A stretch of DNA of 64,000 nt, from contig NC_073377.1 in NCBI RefSeq assembly GCF_028641065.1, forward strand, positions 156,550,001 through 156,614,000, in the 5' to 3' direction. The translations under genes and the position numbers were made by a program. Below the pieces are notes generated by a model. It did not search any database, had not been told where the DNA came from, and saw only the letters and a program-made list of their open reading frames with translations. Shown here one piece after another: positions 10,519 to 23,447 of this stretch. The stretch's first letter is position 1; each line of letters starts with the position of its first letter. The DNA comes from Leucoraja erinacea. Lineage: Eukaryota.

Positions 10519-10704
10519 ACAGCAGGCATAAACAACTATCAATAGATGAATAATTGGCAGTTCAGCACATAAGCGTTGAAGTAGGAAGAACAGAAAGGTA
10601 ATTTATTACTTGAAATGGATATGTCTAGGTGGAGTAGAGGATCTCAGAGTTCAAAGATTGAAAGTGGCACACAAATTAGTCAAATTATTAAATTGCAAAT
10701 TGGG

Positions 10705-11108
10705 CATTTGACCTCAGTGAAAGATGCTCTTTGGTATGCCCGAAACTTGGTGGCCTCCCAGCAGAGCGAGATGTCCATCAGGAAATGTTGCCAAGTTGTC
10801 CATTCTAAACTGTAGGAGTACGTGCTAAGAGATGTGTTGAAACGCTGCAAGCAATCCCAAAGCTCTTCGGGGAGGTCCGCAGTCTAGGGTCTTTCCACTG
10901 CAGGAGTTCAGTGGGATAGCCATCAAATATTGGAAGGAATATCACCTTAGAGGCCACAAGATTAGCCAAGGGTGCTTGGTTTATGGACAGTTGCAAACAC
11001 TGCTGAGTATGACACTAATTAATATACAGACGCTGAGAATGTCAGAAGAGATTTTGCACTGTTCTTGTTTTTATTTTTATAAAGTTAATTTTTGGAAATA
11101 AAAAAAAG
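10705..11108 (+). mobile_element. Tx1-like LINE 3' fragment
   Basis: SVKDALWYARNL...CCQVVHSKL-like C-terminus followed by a 3' UTR ending ATAAAGTTAATTTTTGGAAATAAAAAAAA. Confidence 0.6.
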
Positions 11109-11948
11109 ATTTATTTCTGGAAGGAACAATGCAAAATTTGTATTGTACATTGGTTAAATCACATTTCGAGTAACGTGTATGGTCCGGTCACCATATTATA
11201 AAAAGGGTGTAGAAGCAGAGAAGATTTACCAGCGCAATATGGTCTACCCCATGGAAGTGTATTGATACTTTGGCTCTATACTTTTCACATGGAGTACAAC
11301 TAATTCATTTAAGGGCACCTAGCTTTATCCATACAATGGGAACAGCACAAGCAGTGAAATTGACCAGATTGAGCATTCATACTACTACGTAGGCTGAAAG
11401 ATTACAATGTTGCTAATCAATTAAGAAAATCATAAATCAGTTTCTTCCACCTGCAAATAAAGAATTAAACATTAATTAGAACAGTGTCCACTCACTGAAC
11501 AAATCCATTTGAACCTTACAGTAACCCTGGACTGCATATTCCAGAAGGGGCCACATTGAGAAGTTGAAAAGTAGTCAGTGGACAAAGCAATAACATCCAT
11601 ATGCTTTCAAGTTTGAAAAGAAGGCACACCTAACCATAACTGGAATCTTAATATTTTAGATTAGTGCTGAGAATGTGTGTCTGGTGTGGAAATGGTGTAA
11701 AACAAAAGACCCCTTTTGAAAGACATTGGCATCTTTAAGCCAATTAATATCAAAAGTTAGTGCATCCTCACTAGAAAAAAACCAAGAGTGATGTGGTCTG
11801 CCAAGGAGAAAGAAAGCAACAAAGATGCCAGACATCTTCAACATTATAATGCTGCTGCAGAAAAAAAATGCAAGCTTCATCAGCACAACAGCATATGATA
11901 GCACACATAGCCAGTACTTCCACTGTAACCACCCAACAGCATGAGCAT

Positions 11949-12073
11949 CTGAAGAAGGGTTTCAACCCGAAACGTTGCCTATTTCCTTCGCTCCATAGAT
12001 GCTGCCTCACCCGCTGAGTTTTTCCAGCATTTTTGTCTACCTTCGATTTTCCAGCAACTGCAGTTCCTTCTTA
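11949..12073 (+). mobile_element. PLE 3' end with hammerhead motif
   Basis: Begins at CTGAAGAAGGGTTTCAACCCGAAACGTT; 14-bp TSD AACAGCATGAGCAT at 11935-11948 and 12074-12087. Confidence 0.85.
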
Positions 12074-12336
12074 AACAGCATGAGCATTATGGTGACCAAC
12101 CAACTTACTGAGGATAAAGGAGAAATAAATCAACTAGATTGTTCTAAACTACCTCTACACATAAGCTGACCTGTCAAGAATCAACATGTTAAAACAGGAT
12201 AACATACAACACCTGAGTTTTGTAACTGAGTCATATTTTAGTCTGTTTACTGCTGAAAGACAGTCGATGAAAGATTCAGAATCTTGCCAAGGTGAACATG
12301 GGTTTTGTTCTATTCATGTCAAAGAAGTTATCCTGC

Positions 12337-12572
12337 AGGCATGAACATTGAATTCTCCCAATTTTGTAAGCCCTTGCTGTCTCCTCCCCTTCCTCAGCCC
12401 TTGGGCTGTCTCCTCCCATCCCTCAGCCCTCAGGCTCCTCCTCTTTTTTCCTTTCTTCTCCCCGCCACCCCCCCATCAGTCTGAAGAAGGGTTTCGGCCG
12501 GAAACGTTGCCTACTTCCTTCACTCCATAGATGCTGCTGCACCCGCTGAGTTTCTCCAGCATTTTTGTGTAC
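12337..12572 (+). mobile_element. PLE 3' fragment
   Basis: GMNIEFSQFC* end of the GIY-YIG ORF, pyrimidine-rich UTR, hammerhead motif at 12481. Confidence 0.8.
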
Positions 12573-15354
12573 CATGTGAAAATATTTCTTGGAGCTCTGG
12601 GGATCTAGGGTTGAGCCATCATTGTCCATGAACTCCCACACTCTTCGTACAGGCACATCACCCTGACATCTCCAAACTTAGTTATTTAATGATGGTCTAA
12701 ATAAAGTTATATAAGCTTATTTTTATTGAAAGGAAAATAAAAGTTATTACATTTTCATCCAAAAACAAAGAACCCCACAAAGCAATTTAATATCGCAAGC
12801 CCATTGTATTGTAACATCACAGGGTCTGACACTCAGTTGATCCAGCTGAATGGATAGCCCTGGGAAATCTCACAAATTTTCCCAGTATTTTAAGTATTTG
12901 TCCATTATTTCTGAGCAACCATTCATCCTCGAGGATATTTAGTCATTGGCAATTAACTTTTCATGTTTTAAGATTTTTATTGTATATCATGCAAAGCTAT
13001 TAAATATTGAACAAATTGAAAGTACATTCTGTTACAAACCTTACACAAACCACTACAAGGCAAAATAAGCACTTTCTTCCCCTTGTCAATGAATTCCTAA
13101 TTCCAAAACATCACATCCATAAATTCTGTACATGCCAACATTTCATGATCCATTCAATTTACAGTGTAAGCTATGGTTACACTCTTTGCAGCAAGTCTCT
13201 GCTCCAGCTAAGTACTTTGACATTTATAGCTTTTGAGCCACATCAGTTTAGTAAGGATACGGCTATCAGGGAAGATTCACCAGGCTCGGTAAAAGGGAAG
13301 ACTGAAAGGAGATCTGCATATATTTTGTATTATGCCTATATTACAGGTACATGATGTGATAAAAAGCACATCTCTGTTGTGGAAATTGCATTAAGCTGCA
13401 AATGATTTGGAGAGAAAACCAGATTCTCTCAACATTAACTGCATAAAGTACAGTTTCTTCTTATGGTACCTCAGATGTCTGGACTGAGCCAATTTTTAAG
13501 GAATCCTGGTATATTATCTGCTGTGCTGAGGAGGTAGTGTGGAGCTAAGTCTTCAAGTCCTCTCTTCTTGGACAGTTTACACGCATGGACTCAAAAAACT
13601 TAGAAACATATTTAAATGTCCTTTGGAATCGTAGGAATTAACAGCCTACCATGTTTATGCCTGCCATCCCAGTCCTGTTTCTCAGCTCTTGTTGTGCAAC
13701 CTGTTGGATATAGTGCATGAAGAATCATTCAAGAACTTTTTTAATGCATTGAGCATTTCCTCCTCTCACTGTTTTCAGTCAATGAATTCTAGGCCCCTAC
13801 CATTCACCACATGAAAATAATACAGATGAACTAAGTCTGTGAGTCTGTAGTGTTATTTGCTTATTATTAAATTAATTGCATGGATATTATGCTTTGTATT
13901 GGTTTAATCTCATGAAGGTAAGGATCATCCTTGAGATTGTGATCTCCAATGATGTGGAAAGACGTTAATGTCAGAATCCTCAGTGACTCATTTTTCCTTG
14001 GGAAAGTCTTCACTGCTAACCAAATAAAATATTTGATGCCTGATAATGTGCTCAGGAAAGTGTAAAGGTAAGCAGGGTAGTTACTAATTTTAACCACCAA
14101 AACTTATTTTTCTTTAACAAGATCTATCCTTATTTTTTAATAAATTGTATTATATTCAAGTTTTAACCAAATAAAAAACAAACATATATCCATCAAAAAC
14201 AATATAAATAAAATATGGGAATACCATGATCCAGCTTTTTCATGAGGTTAAATAAGAGACTGGGAATTAAATATCAACCTGTATTATCCTGAACAACTGG
14301 TCTGAACACATCTCTCCTATTGTCACGTTACATGCTCTGGGAATTTAATTTTCTCAATCTAAGATCTCGATCAAACATTCAGAAAACAGCAATCTTCCAG
14401 ACATATCTTTATCAGTAATAAAACCTATGTCATTGGGTATCATGTTAGATACCATCTATGGGAAAGCCAAATAAATACTTGCAATGTTTGTTAAAATATA
14501 GATTCAGGCTAAAATAGCTTCTTAAAATATGATGTATTTTCTCAGACTAAAACAAGATGCATGTCCTTCATATTTATCATGGTGACATCCAATGATAGTT
14601 TTTAAGGAAGTCAATGGAAATGGTAAATTATCCATAGCTACATAACTCTTTGAAGAAATTGCTAATATATTCTTTATGGAGATTGTTAATATTTCTTGAA
14701 TGATTATGGAGAGTGTCTACAATTTCCTCCACATCTTCAGGCTTTAATATCAATTAGGCTGTGGCACTGAGTACATGAACTGCTATTTCAAACTGCATAA
14801 AAGAGGAAATTGAACAGATGAAATTCATCATGTAACCTTCATAACTTGGCAATCTTAACTCATTCTTTTGAGAAGGTGGAAGTTACTTCAAAAAAGACAT
14901 GGAAAGGACCAACTCTGATACAAAGAGAAAAAGTGAGTTAGCTGAAGTTGGATAATTCAATATTGTGTCTGAAAGGCTACAACAGAGCCTGGCGGAGACA
15001 TGGCCTAAAATGCCATGGCTGAATCATGTCTAGATATGTTGAACCTCAACCCTGTGCTGGGCCTTATTGTAACAGTGCAGGATGCCATGGAGTGAGAGTA
15101 GGATAGAGAATCAAAGTGCCGTTTGACATACAACTCAAATGTCATGAGTCTGGTAGAATAAATTTAATTTGTTGAGTTGATACAGCTCCAACACTGAGGA
15201 AGCCAAACAACATCAAGGAAACGTCTGTGTATTATTGGATAATGTGTCCACCACCGTCCTAAACATTCATTCGTTCCACCATTGATGCATTGTGACAATA
15301 GTGTGCATCATCTACAATGTGCAGTGCACATGCTTTAGTTGCAGCAACATTCTT

Positions 15355-15822
15355 GATATTGAGGAAGTGCAGCGTAGGTTCACCAGGTTAATTCCCAGGG
15401 ATGGCGGGACTGACATATGATGAAAGAATGGGTCAACTGGGCTTATATTCACTGAAATTTAGAAGGTTGAGGGGACATCTTATAGAAACATATACAATCC
15501 TTAAGAAATTAGACAGGCTAGATGCAGGAAAGATGTTTCCAATGTTGGAGGAGTCCAGAACCAGGGGGCACAGTTTAAGAATAAAGGGTAGGCCATTTAG
15601 GACTGAGCTGAGTTGTGAATCTGTAGAATTTTCTGCCACAAAGGGCAGTGGATGGCAATTCACTACATGCTTTCAATAGAGAGTTAGATATAGGTCTTAG
15701 GGCTAATGGAATCAAGGGATATGGGGAGAAAGCAGGAACGGGGTACTGATTTTGGATGATCAGCCATGATCATATTGAATGGTGGTGCTGGCTCGATGTA
15801 CCCACTCCTGCACCTATTTTCT
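15355..15822 (+). mobile_element. CR1 3' fragment
   Basis: QRRFTRLIPGM...LGLYSL.FRRLRG.LIETY...TRGHSL and HER1-type tail. Confidence 0.85.
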
Positions 15823-16299
15823 ATCCAAAATGCCCCCTCTACCACCATGAAAGATAAAGAAGAATGGAGGCACAATCACCTGCAGATTTTTTCATCACTA
15901 TTCATGATCATAGCCAGGGCCTACGAGAGGGGGGTGCAGGGAATACATCGTACCCGGGCCCGGGGTCCAAATGGGGGCCCGGCAGCCAACGGAGGGGGGG
16001 CCAGGAATTTCCTGAAATCTCAGAAAATGTTTGCATATATTTTGTGAAGACTAGCATTCACATTTTGTGTGAGCCTATATAGTTGTATATACCGTAATTC
16101 GTAGAAATTATGATCCATAATAAAGCAGGGAATTTTAACTAACGGGTGTGTGGTCGGGGTAACCTGATTAAAAGAGGGGGAAGCAGTTTCCCCCACCCCA
16201 CACATAAAAAACAACACTATTTTAACATACTAAAAATAAAAACAAGTGAAAAGACGGACAGCTGCAGGCAGGGCAGCCATACCCAACAGGACGGTGCCC

Positions 16300-16455
16300 C
16301 TATGGTTAGGGCTCTTAGTGATAGTGGAGTCAGGGAATATGGGGAGAAGGCAGGAATGGGATACTGATTGAGGATGATCAGCCATGATCACATTGAATGG
16401 CGGTGCGGGCTCGAAGGGCCGAATGGCCTACTCCTGCATCCATTGTCTATTGTCT
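16300..16455 (+). mobile_element. CR1/HER1-type 3' tail
   Basis: GATCAGCCATGATCACATTGAATGGCGG...CATTGTCTATTGTC. Confidence 0.8.
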
Positions 16456-16745
16456 TTCTCCTTATCCGTATTGTAGCATAAACAAAGTTCAAAACAAATG
16501 TGCTTTCTTTTCTCTGATCCTTTTATTTTATTTATATTTATCATGGAGAGAGTAGAGTATAGGAGTATAAGGCCTCAAATGTAGAAAATCAACAGAGCGT
16601 TCCATTCCACCCCGCTCTCATCTTCCATACCCTTTTTGGCTACAGCTCGTGGCATAAAACCATAGTGGATGACTAATGGAGAAGGGAAGGACCCCGAAAG
16701 AAACTTTGTACCCACTGATAAAATTCCTCTCAGGGGCCCTAATCA

Positions 16746-17438
16746 TCGATATAATTAAAACTCAAATCTTGACCACTTCCTGTTTGCACTGCATATTGAT
16801 TTTAGAAAAAACGCTACCACATACGGCTGTGATTTTGGGCCATCTTACTCAGAGTCCCCCTCCGCTGCGCAGGACAAGCGGATTTTTCCCATCGATGAAA
16901 AATAAAAGACTTATTAATGTTTTAAAAATGTTGAGATTCTCTCTCCTATCAATCACGCCATGAAAGCTACACCCCTTCCGGTGGGAGGGGGAGGGACTAT
17001 AAAACCCAGAAGTGTGGGTGTGCCTCAGTTTCTGCAAATGGGGGAGCAAGAGGTCATGACTCACAATCTGAACTGTGAATAACACTGAACACATGTCTAC
17101 TAAACGGAGTGTGGTTTTACTGACCTGTGAGTGCCCTTAATGTGGTTTGAAAATGTAGTTTGAAAATGCATTTTGTTTTAGTTTGAAAATACAAAAGTGG
17201 TTTTGGTTTGAAAATACAAAAGTGGTTTTGGTTTGAAAATGAAAAAGTGATGTTGGTTTGAAAATGCAAAAGTGGTGTTGGTTTGAAAATTCAAAAGTGG
17301 CGTTGGTTGAAAATGCAAAAATGGTGATGGTTTTGCCTTATTGAAAAATGGTGTTGGTTTTGCCTTATTGAAAAGCGGTGTTGGTGTTGCCTTATTGAAA
17401 AGTGGTGTTGCCTTATTGAAAAATAGTGTTGGTTCTAG
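16746..17438 (+). mobile_element. Helitron-like non-autonomous fragment with internal minisatellite
   Basis: A|TCGATATAATTAAAAC start resembles the A|TCTATATTACTAAAAG end at 21435; 16765-17065 is an inverted homolog of 18595-18895; GGTTTGAAAAT and CCTTATTGAAAA repeats at 17140-17430; 3' end uncertain. Confidence 0.55.
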
Positions 17439-17979
17439 GCTGTGGGCTGAGGAGCTTTTTTGTGCAGTTTCGTGACCCAACTCACAGAATTACATGAAAG
17501 TTTCACATATTGTGTAAAAATATTATATAAATCATCCCTGAAACTCATCAAGAACAAAACGTGCACATTTTTAGTCCAATCAAAGCACGTTTAACATTGA
17601 GTCGGATGCCAGTTGGCCAATCACGCGCTTTGTTTCAGGCTAGCTAGGCAGGGAGCCCACATCATGGTTGAGAGTGCTTCCACTGATGCCTGTTTTACTG
17701 GAGTTTCCGATGAAGGTTCTTTGTTGTTCTGTGGAATACATGTCGTCGAAACTTGCAGCAGGGTAATTGAATTTGGTGAGAAAAGCATTAAGAAATCTGA
17801 AGAATGTGCAGCTAAGTGTATAGAAGTGGAACAAAGCCTTGAAACCAAAGTCGCTGCTGAGGTGCTGCAAAACAAAGACAGCCAAATTGTGAAACCATTG
17901 AAACATTGTGAATTAACTGGAACTGAAAGGGAAGATCTAAAGTCTGGATTTATGAATCCATACACTGAAATCCTCTTGT

Positions 17980-18163
17980 AATGAAGGCCAACATTCCATT
18001 AGCTTTCTTCACTGCCTGCTATACCTGCACGCCAACTTTCAGTGACCGGTGTACAAGGACGCCCAGGTCTCGCGGTACCTCCCCCTAACCTAACCCCATT
18101 GAGATAATAATCTGCCCCTTTGTTTTTGCCGCCAAAGTGGATAACCTCACATTTATCTATATT
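17980..18163 (-). mobile_element. CR1 internal fragment
   Basis: Reverse strand reads ...DKCEVIHFGGKN...RDLGVLVHRSLKVGVQV*QAVKKANGMLAF. Confidence 0.75.
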
Positions 18164-18894
18164 ACTAGACTAAGTGGGACTCGTTGGGCCCTAGCATCAC
18201 ACAGGAGGGCTGGTCATCCAGCGCAATATTCCACCTCTCCACCAATTCTAATATTGGTGGCCAGTTGGGGGTGGGGGGGGGGGGGCTTTCTGGAGCGCTA
18301 GTATGGGTATTGTGGGCTGAAGGGACTGGTTTCCAGAGGGCTAGTATGCAAATTGTGCGCCAAATGGATTATTGGGCTGGCGTCTCAGTCAATCAAGCCT
18401 GTTGTGCTGGCAACTCACTCACCACTGGTGGGCTGGTAGTTGACTCATGGCGAATCCTTGAAATTCTATTTCAAGCAAGGTATAAGGCCACCAAATTCAA
18501 GTGCAGTTTCTTACCACTTCTAGCAGGGTGCAAGGCCACCAAATTCAAGTGCAGTTTCATACCATTTGAAGTAGGGTGCAAAGCCACTAAAGACAGCGAG
18601 TCGTGACCTCTCCCTCCTCCATCTTGCAGAGACTGAGCCACACCCACATTTCCGGGTTTTATAACCCCTCCCCCCCCACCACTGGAAAGGTGTGGCTTTC
18701 ATGGAGTGATTGACAGGAGAGAGATTCTCAACATTTAAAAAAAAACTAATAACACTTTTATTTTTCATTGATGGGAAGAATTCTCTGCACCTGCTCAGCG
18801 GAGGGGGACTGAGTAAGATGGCCAAAAATCACAGCCGTAAGTGGTAGCGTTTTATCTAAAATCAATATACAGTGCAAACAGGAAGTAAGTGCAT

Positions 18895-20530
18895 TTACAG
18901 TAGTGCCTTTTAACTTCAAGCCAAAGCACCCAAGCCACCATTTGCAGTAAGTAGTGCATTTCAACTTCATGCCACCATTTGCAGTAAGTGGTGCCTTTCA
19001 ACTTCAAGCCAATGCACCCAGGCCACCATTTGCAGTAAGTAATGCCTTTTAACTTCAAGCCATGGCATCAAAGCTACCATTTGCAGTAAGTGGTGTCTTT
19101 CAACTTCAAACCACACCCAAGCCATCGTTTGCAGTAAGTAGTGCCTTTCAGCTTCAAGCCAAAGCAACCAATCCACCATTTGCAGTAAGTAGTGCCTTTC
19201 AACTTCATGCCACCATTTGCAGTTAGTAGTGCCTTTCAACTTCAAGCCAATGCACTCACGCCCCCATTCACAGTAATAGTGCCTTTCAACTTCAAGCCAA
19301 AGCTCCCAAGCCTCCATTTGCAGTAAGTAGTGCCTTTCAACTTCATGCCACCATTTGCAGTAAGTGGTGTCTTTCAACTTCAAGCCCACACCCAAGCCAC
19401 CATTTGCAGTAAGTAGTGCCTTTCAATTTCAAAGCTCCCAAGCCACCATTTGTAGTAAGTGGTATCTTTCAACTTCATGCCACACCCAAGCCACCATTTG
19501 CAGTATGTAGTGTCTTTCAATTTCATGCCACACCCAAGCCACCATCTGCAGTAAGTAGTGCCTTTCAACTTCAAACCAAAGCAACCAAGCCACCACTTGC
19601 AGTAATAGTGCCTTTCAACTTCAAACCAAAGCTCCCAAGCCACCATTTGCAGCAAGTAGTGCCTTTCAACTTCAAGCCAATGCACCCACGCCCCCCATTT
19701 GCAGTAAGTAGTGCCTTTCAACTTCAAGCCACACCCAAGCCACAATTTGCAGTAAGTAGTGCCTTTCAATTTCATGCCACCATTTGCAGTAAGTAGTGCC
19801 TTTCAACTTCAAGCCACAATTTGCAGTGTGGTGCCTTTCAACTTCAAGCCAAAGCACCCACGCCCCCCATTTTCTGTAAGTATTGCCTTTCAACTTCATG
19901 CCACCATTTGCAGTGAGTAGTGCCTTTCAACATCATGCCACCATTTGCAGTAAGTGGTGTCTTTCAACTTCAACCCACACCCAAGCCATTATTTGCAGTA
20001 AGTGGTGTCTTTCAACTTCATGCCACACCCAAGCCACCATTTGCAGCAAGTAGTGCCTTTCAGCTTCAAGTCAATCATTTGCAGCAAGTAGTGCCTTTCA
20101 ATTTCATGCCACCATTTGCAGTAAGTAGTGCCTTTCAACTTCAAGCCACAATTTGCAGTGTGGTGCCTTTCAACATCAAACCAATGCACCCACGCCCCCA
20201 TTTTCAGTAAGTATTGCCTTTCAACTTCATGCCACCATTTGCAGTAAGTAGTGCCTTTCAACTTCATGCCACCATTTGCAGTAATAGTGCCTTTCAACTT
20301 CAAACCAAAGCTCCCAAGCCACCATTTGCAGTAAGTAGTGCCTTTCAAGCCAAAGCAACCAATCCATCATTTGCAGTAAGTAGTACCTTTCAACTTCATG
20401 CCACCATTTGCAGTAAGTGGTGTATTTCAACTTCAAGCCACACCCAAGCCACCATTTGCAGTAAGTAGTGCCTTTCAACTACAAGCCAAAGCAACCAAGC
20501 CACCATTTGCAGTAAGTAGTGCCTTTCAAA
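18895..20530. repeat. Compound minisatellite (about 27-45 bp variant units)
   Basis: Core GCCACCATTTGCAGTAAGTAGTGCCTTTCAACTTCA with optional AGCCAAAGCACCCAA or AGCCACACCCAA extensions. Confidence 0.95.
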
Positions 20531-20544
20531 TATGAACCATTTTT

Positions 20545-20860
20545 GAACCAATAGACAATTTTTTTGCAAGCTTTAGAACCAATAGACATTTTTGAAAGCT
20601 TTAGAACCAACAGACATTTTTTTGCAAGCTTTAGAACCAATAGACATTTTTTTGCCAGCTTTAGAACCAATAGACACTTTTTTGCAAGCTTTAGAACCAA
20701 TAGATATTTTTTGCAAGCTTTAGAACCAATAGAGACACTTTTTGCAAGCTTTAGAACCAATAGAGACACTTTTTGCTAGCTTTAGAACCAATAGACATTT
20801 TTTTTGCAAGCTTTAGAACCAATAAACACTTTTTTTGCAAGCTTTAGAACCAATAGACAC
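20545..20860. repeat. ~29-30 bp tandem repeat
   Basis: About ten units of TTTTTTGCAAGCTTTAGAACCAATAGACA. Confidence 0.95.
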
Positions 20861-22407
20861 ATTCTGCAAGCATTTTAGAACCACTAAGGGCACTTACATT
20901 TGAGTAGACATGTGTTCAGTGTTATTCACAGCTCAGAGAAACGTGACCCTCTGCCTTCCTCCATCTTGAAGAGACTGTGTGGCACACCACTTCCTGGTTT
21001 TATAGTCCCTCCCCCCTGCCGCCAGCGGGGGCAGCAGAGAGAATGGGGAATTTTGTAAAAACATTAATATCTCTGTCATTTTTAATCAACGGGAAAAATC
21101 CTCGGCACACATGCGGCGGAGGGGGGCTCTGAGCAAGGTGGCCAAAAATGACGGCCGTAGGTGGCGGCGTTCTCTCGGAAATCGCAGCACAGATGGCCAA
21201 AACCGGTCAAGAACAGACTTTTAGTAATATTGATAGGCACATTCTGCAAGCATTTTAGAACCACTAAGGGCACTTACATTTGAGTAGACATGTGTTCAGT
21301 GTTATTCACAGCTCAGAGAAACATGACCCTCTGCCTTCCTCCATCTTGAAGAGACTGTGTGGCACACCACCTCCTGGTTTTATAGTCCCACCCCCCTGCC
21401 GCCAGCCGTCAAGAACAGACTTTTAGTAATATAGATAATATGGAGGACATGTTGTCTTTTCAATAAAGACATTAAGATGGCAGCCTAATAACATGTGCTT
21501 CATTTCAAGGTCATAAAGAAGCCAAGATTGAAAAAAATTGCTGATGCTCCAGATATAAGTAATAAGTTGTTATTGGATGAGCTTGATATGGACCCAGCTT
21601 TCCTATATTCTGAAAAGCTGCAGAATCTTTCAGTCATGCCATATTCAGACTTGGTAGGAGTTTGTGCTCATGGTAGATCTTGCCGCCCGTCAGACGAATC
21701 ATTTAAAGATTGCCATGGTTTACCTTTAACAGTTTTTGTTGCTATCTGCATTTTAAGAAACGAACTTTGACAACTGGATGACCACAGTATGTTAGGCTAC
21801 AGAACGGTGTCTCGGGCATGATAGTGAGCAACATAGGGGCACCATGGAATGGTACTCTCTCCCTTCCTCCCCCCCCCCCCCCCCCCCCCCCCACACACTC
21901 CCAATCTTTGCACATCCCCAATCCTTTCCACTCGTCATGTTAATTTCATGTTTCATGTATTTTGTGTTTTATGACTTTTGCAGATCAATTTTCCTCCTGG
22001 GGTAAATAAAGATCTACGGTATTGTATTGTAAAGTTGTGATAGTCCCTGCCTCAACTACCTCCTCTGGCAGCTTCTTCCATACACCCACCACCCTTTCTG
22101 AGGAAGAAGATAAGGGTTGAAGTTAATGACCTTTCATTAAAACTAAGAAAAATTAGAAACAGTATGTGTTTAAAGTTGCAGAAAAGGAGAACAGAGGAAA
22201 GAACAAAGGAAATATCTGTGATAAGGTGGATATCAGGAGAGATGGAATGACATTGGTTTATGGTGCTGTCTGAGAGAGGGTGATGATGGGTTGTTTATCA
22301 CACCTGATCAATCTGGGAAAGATGCAAATAGAGGGAGATAAATGATGGCAGAAATGAGAGGGGAAAAAACAAAAAAGAAGGATCATTCAAAATATTGGTT
22401 GGATGTG

Positions 22408-22505
22408 AGTAGAAACATAGAAAATAGGTGCAGGAGGAGGCCATTCGGCCCTTCGAGCCTGCACCGCCATTCAATATGATCATGGCTGATCATCCAACTC
22501 ATCCA
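22408..22505 (-). mobile_element. CR1/HER1-type 3' tail
   Basis: Reverse complement of the tail at 575-660. Confidence 0.8.
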
Positions 22506-23174
22506 ACTGAACAGTACCCTGTTCATACCTCTCCTTTGTGACATGGAGCAAACATAAATATCCTGAAGACTCTCGACTTGATTTTAATATTCTCTCTGAC
22601 TTGTTCAGGATTTTAGCACTGCTTCAACATGTTTATAATTATTTAATAAGGAAACCGGGTGTCCTGTTTTAATTTTTTTGCATATTTTACCACAGTTGAA
22701 TCAGAGTATTTTCAGGTCTCTGTTTATTAATTAAATAAACTTTGCATTCTTAATTCCTTAAAGTAAAGGTCCTGTGTCAACGGCCTAGTAATTGGCATTT
22801 ATCTGCCATATCCTATTTTGAAGGTCACAAATAATCTGCAATTTGCTGGAGTAGAAACCTCTGGAGTACATACAAATGTACCTCTCGTGATATATGTGAC
22901 ACCCTGGACTTTTGGGAAGTCTTAGGAATCTAACAGAATTTGACGACAGAAAGAGCTTTTATTTGCCAGGGTTATCCCTGTCTCAGGGATATTAACAATT
23001 TATGTTAAACTAAAATTGTAAAGAGGTTATTAATACATTGCTCATCGGGCCATGACATGGAGAAGCAAGAATTTTTACTTGACAGGTGCATGGATAGGAA
23101 ATGTTTAAAGGGCGAAATACGGGCATATAAGACTAGCTTGGATCGGGCATCTTGGTTAACAGGGATGAGGGGCT

Positions 23175-23262
23175 CTTCCCTCTTCTTCCTCTGCTTCTCC
23201 TCCTCCTCTTCCTCGTCTTCCTCCTCCTCTTCCTCCTCTTCCTCTTCTTCACTTCCCTTCTT
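23175..23262. repeat. (CCT/CTT)n low-complexity tract running into an assembly gap
   Basis: Seen directly. Confidence 0.9.
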
Positions 23263-23447
23263 NNNNNNNNNNNNNNNNNNNNNNNNNNNNNNNNNNNNNN
23301 NNNNNNNNNNNNNNNNNNNNNNNNNNNNNNNNNNNNNNNNNNNNNNNNNNNNNNNNNNNNNNNNNNNNNNNNNNNNNNNNNNNNNNNNNNNNNNNNNNNN
23401 NNNNNNNNNNNNNNNNNNNNNNNNNNNNNNNNNNNNNNNNNNNNNNN
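23263..23447. other. Assembly gap (N run)
   Basis: Run of n. Confidence 1.

Larger units (their letters stand above)
9700..10620 (+). mobile_element. Old degenerate CR1 RT remnant (interrupted by ribozyme retroposon copy 2)
   Basis: Decayed PIFKKG...GNY.LVSLT and VDVIYL.FQK-like motifs with many stops. Confidence 0.55.
18165..21435 (-). mobile_element. Non-autonomous Helitron with expanded minisatellites
   Basis: Minus strand begins A|TCTATATTACTAAAAG (21435) and ends GGGCCCAACGAGTCCC hairpin + ACTTAGTCTAG|T (18165): TC...hairpin-CTAG between A and T, no TSD. Confidence 0.8.

Noticed and set aside
15914-16740. Possible hAT element (CAGGGCC... / ...GGGGCCCT)
   Set aside because: Imperfect TIR match and no 8-bp TSD found
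17613-17981. 122-aa ORF with plausible composition
   Set aside because: Non-ATG start in the track, no recognisable domain or splice context, wedged between TEs; a BLASTP would be needed
18758-20779. Many repetitive ORFs (LKLKGTTYCKWW, LLVLKLAKKC) and a superficially CRISPR-like array
   Set aside because: Translations of minisatellites; units abut with recurring variants and no unique spacers, no cas genes, vertebrate context
21495-21770. 91-aa ORF next to the Helitron end
   Set aside because: No recognisable motif and outside the Helitron termini; cannot be supported as a gene
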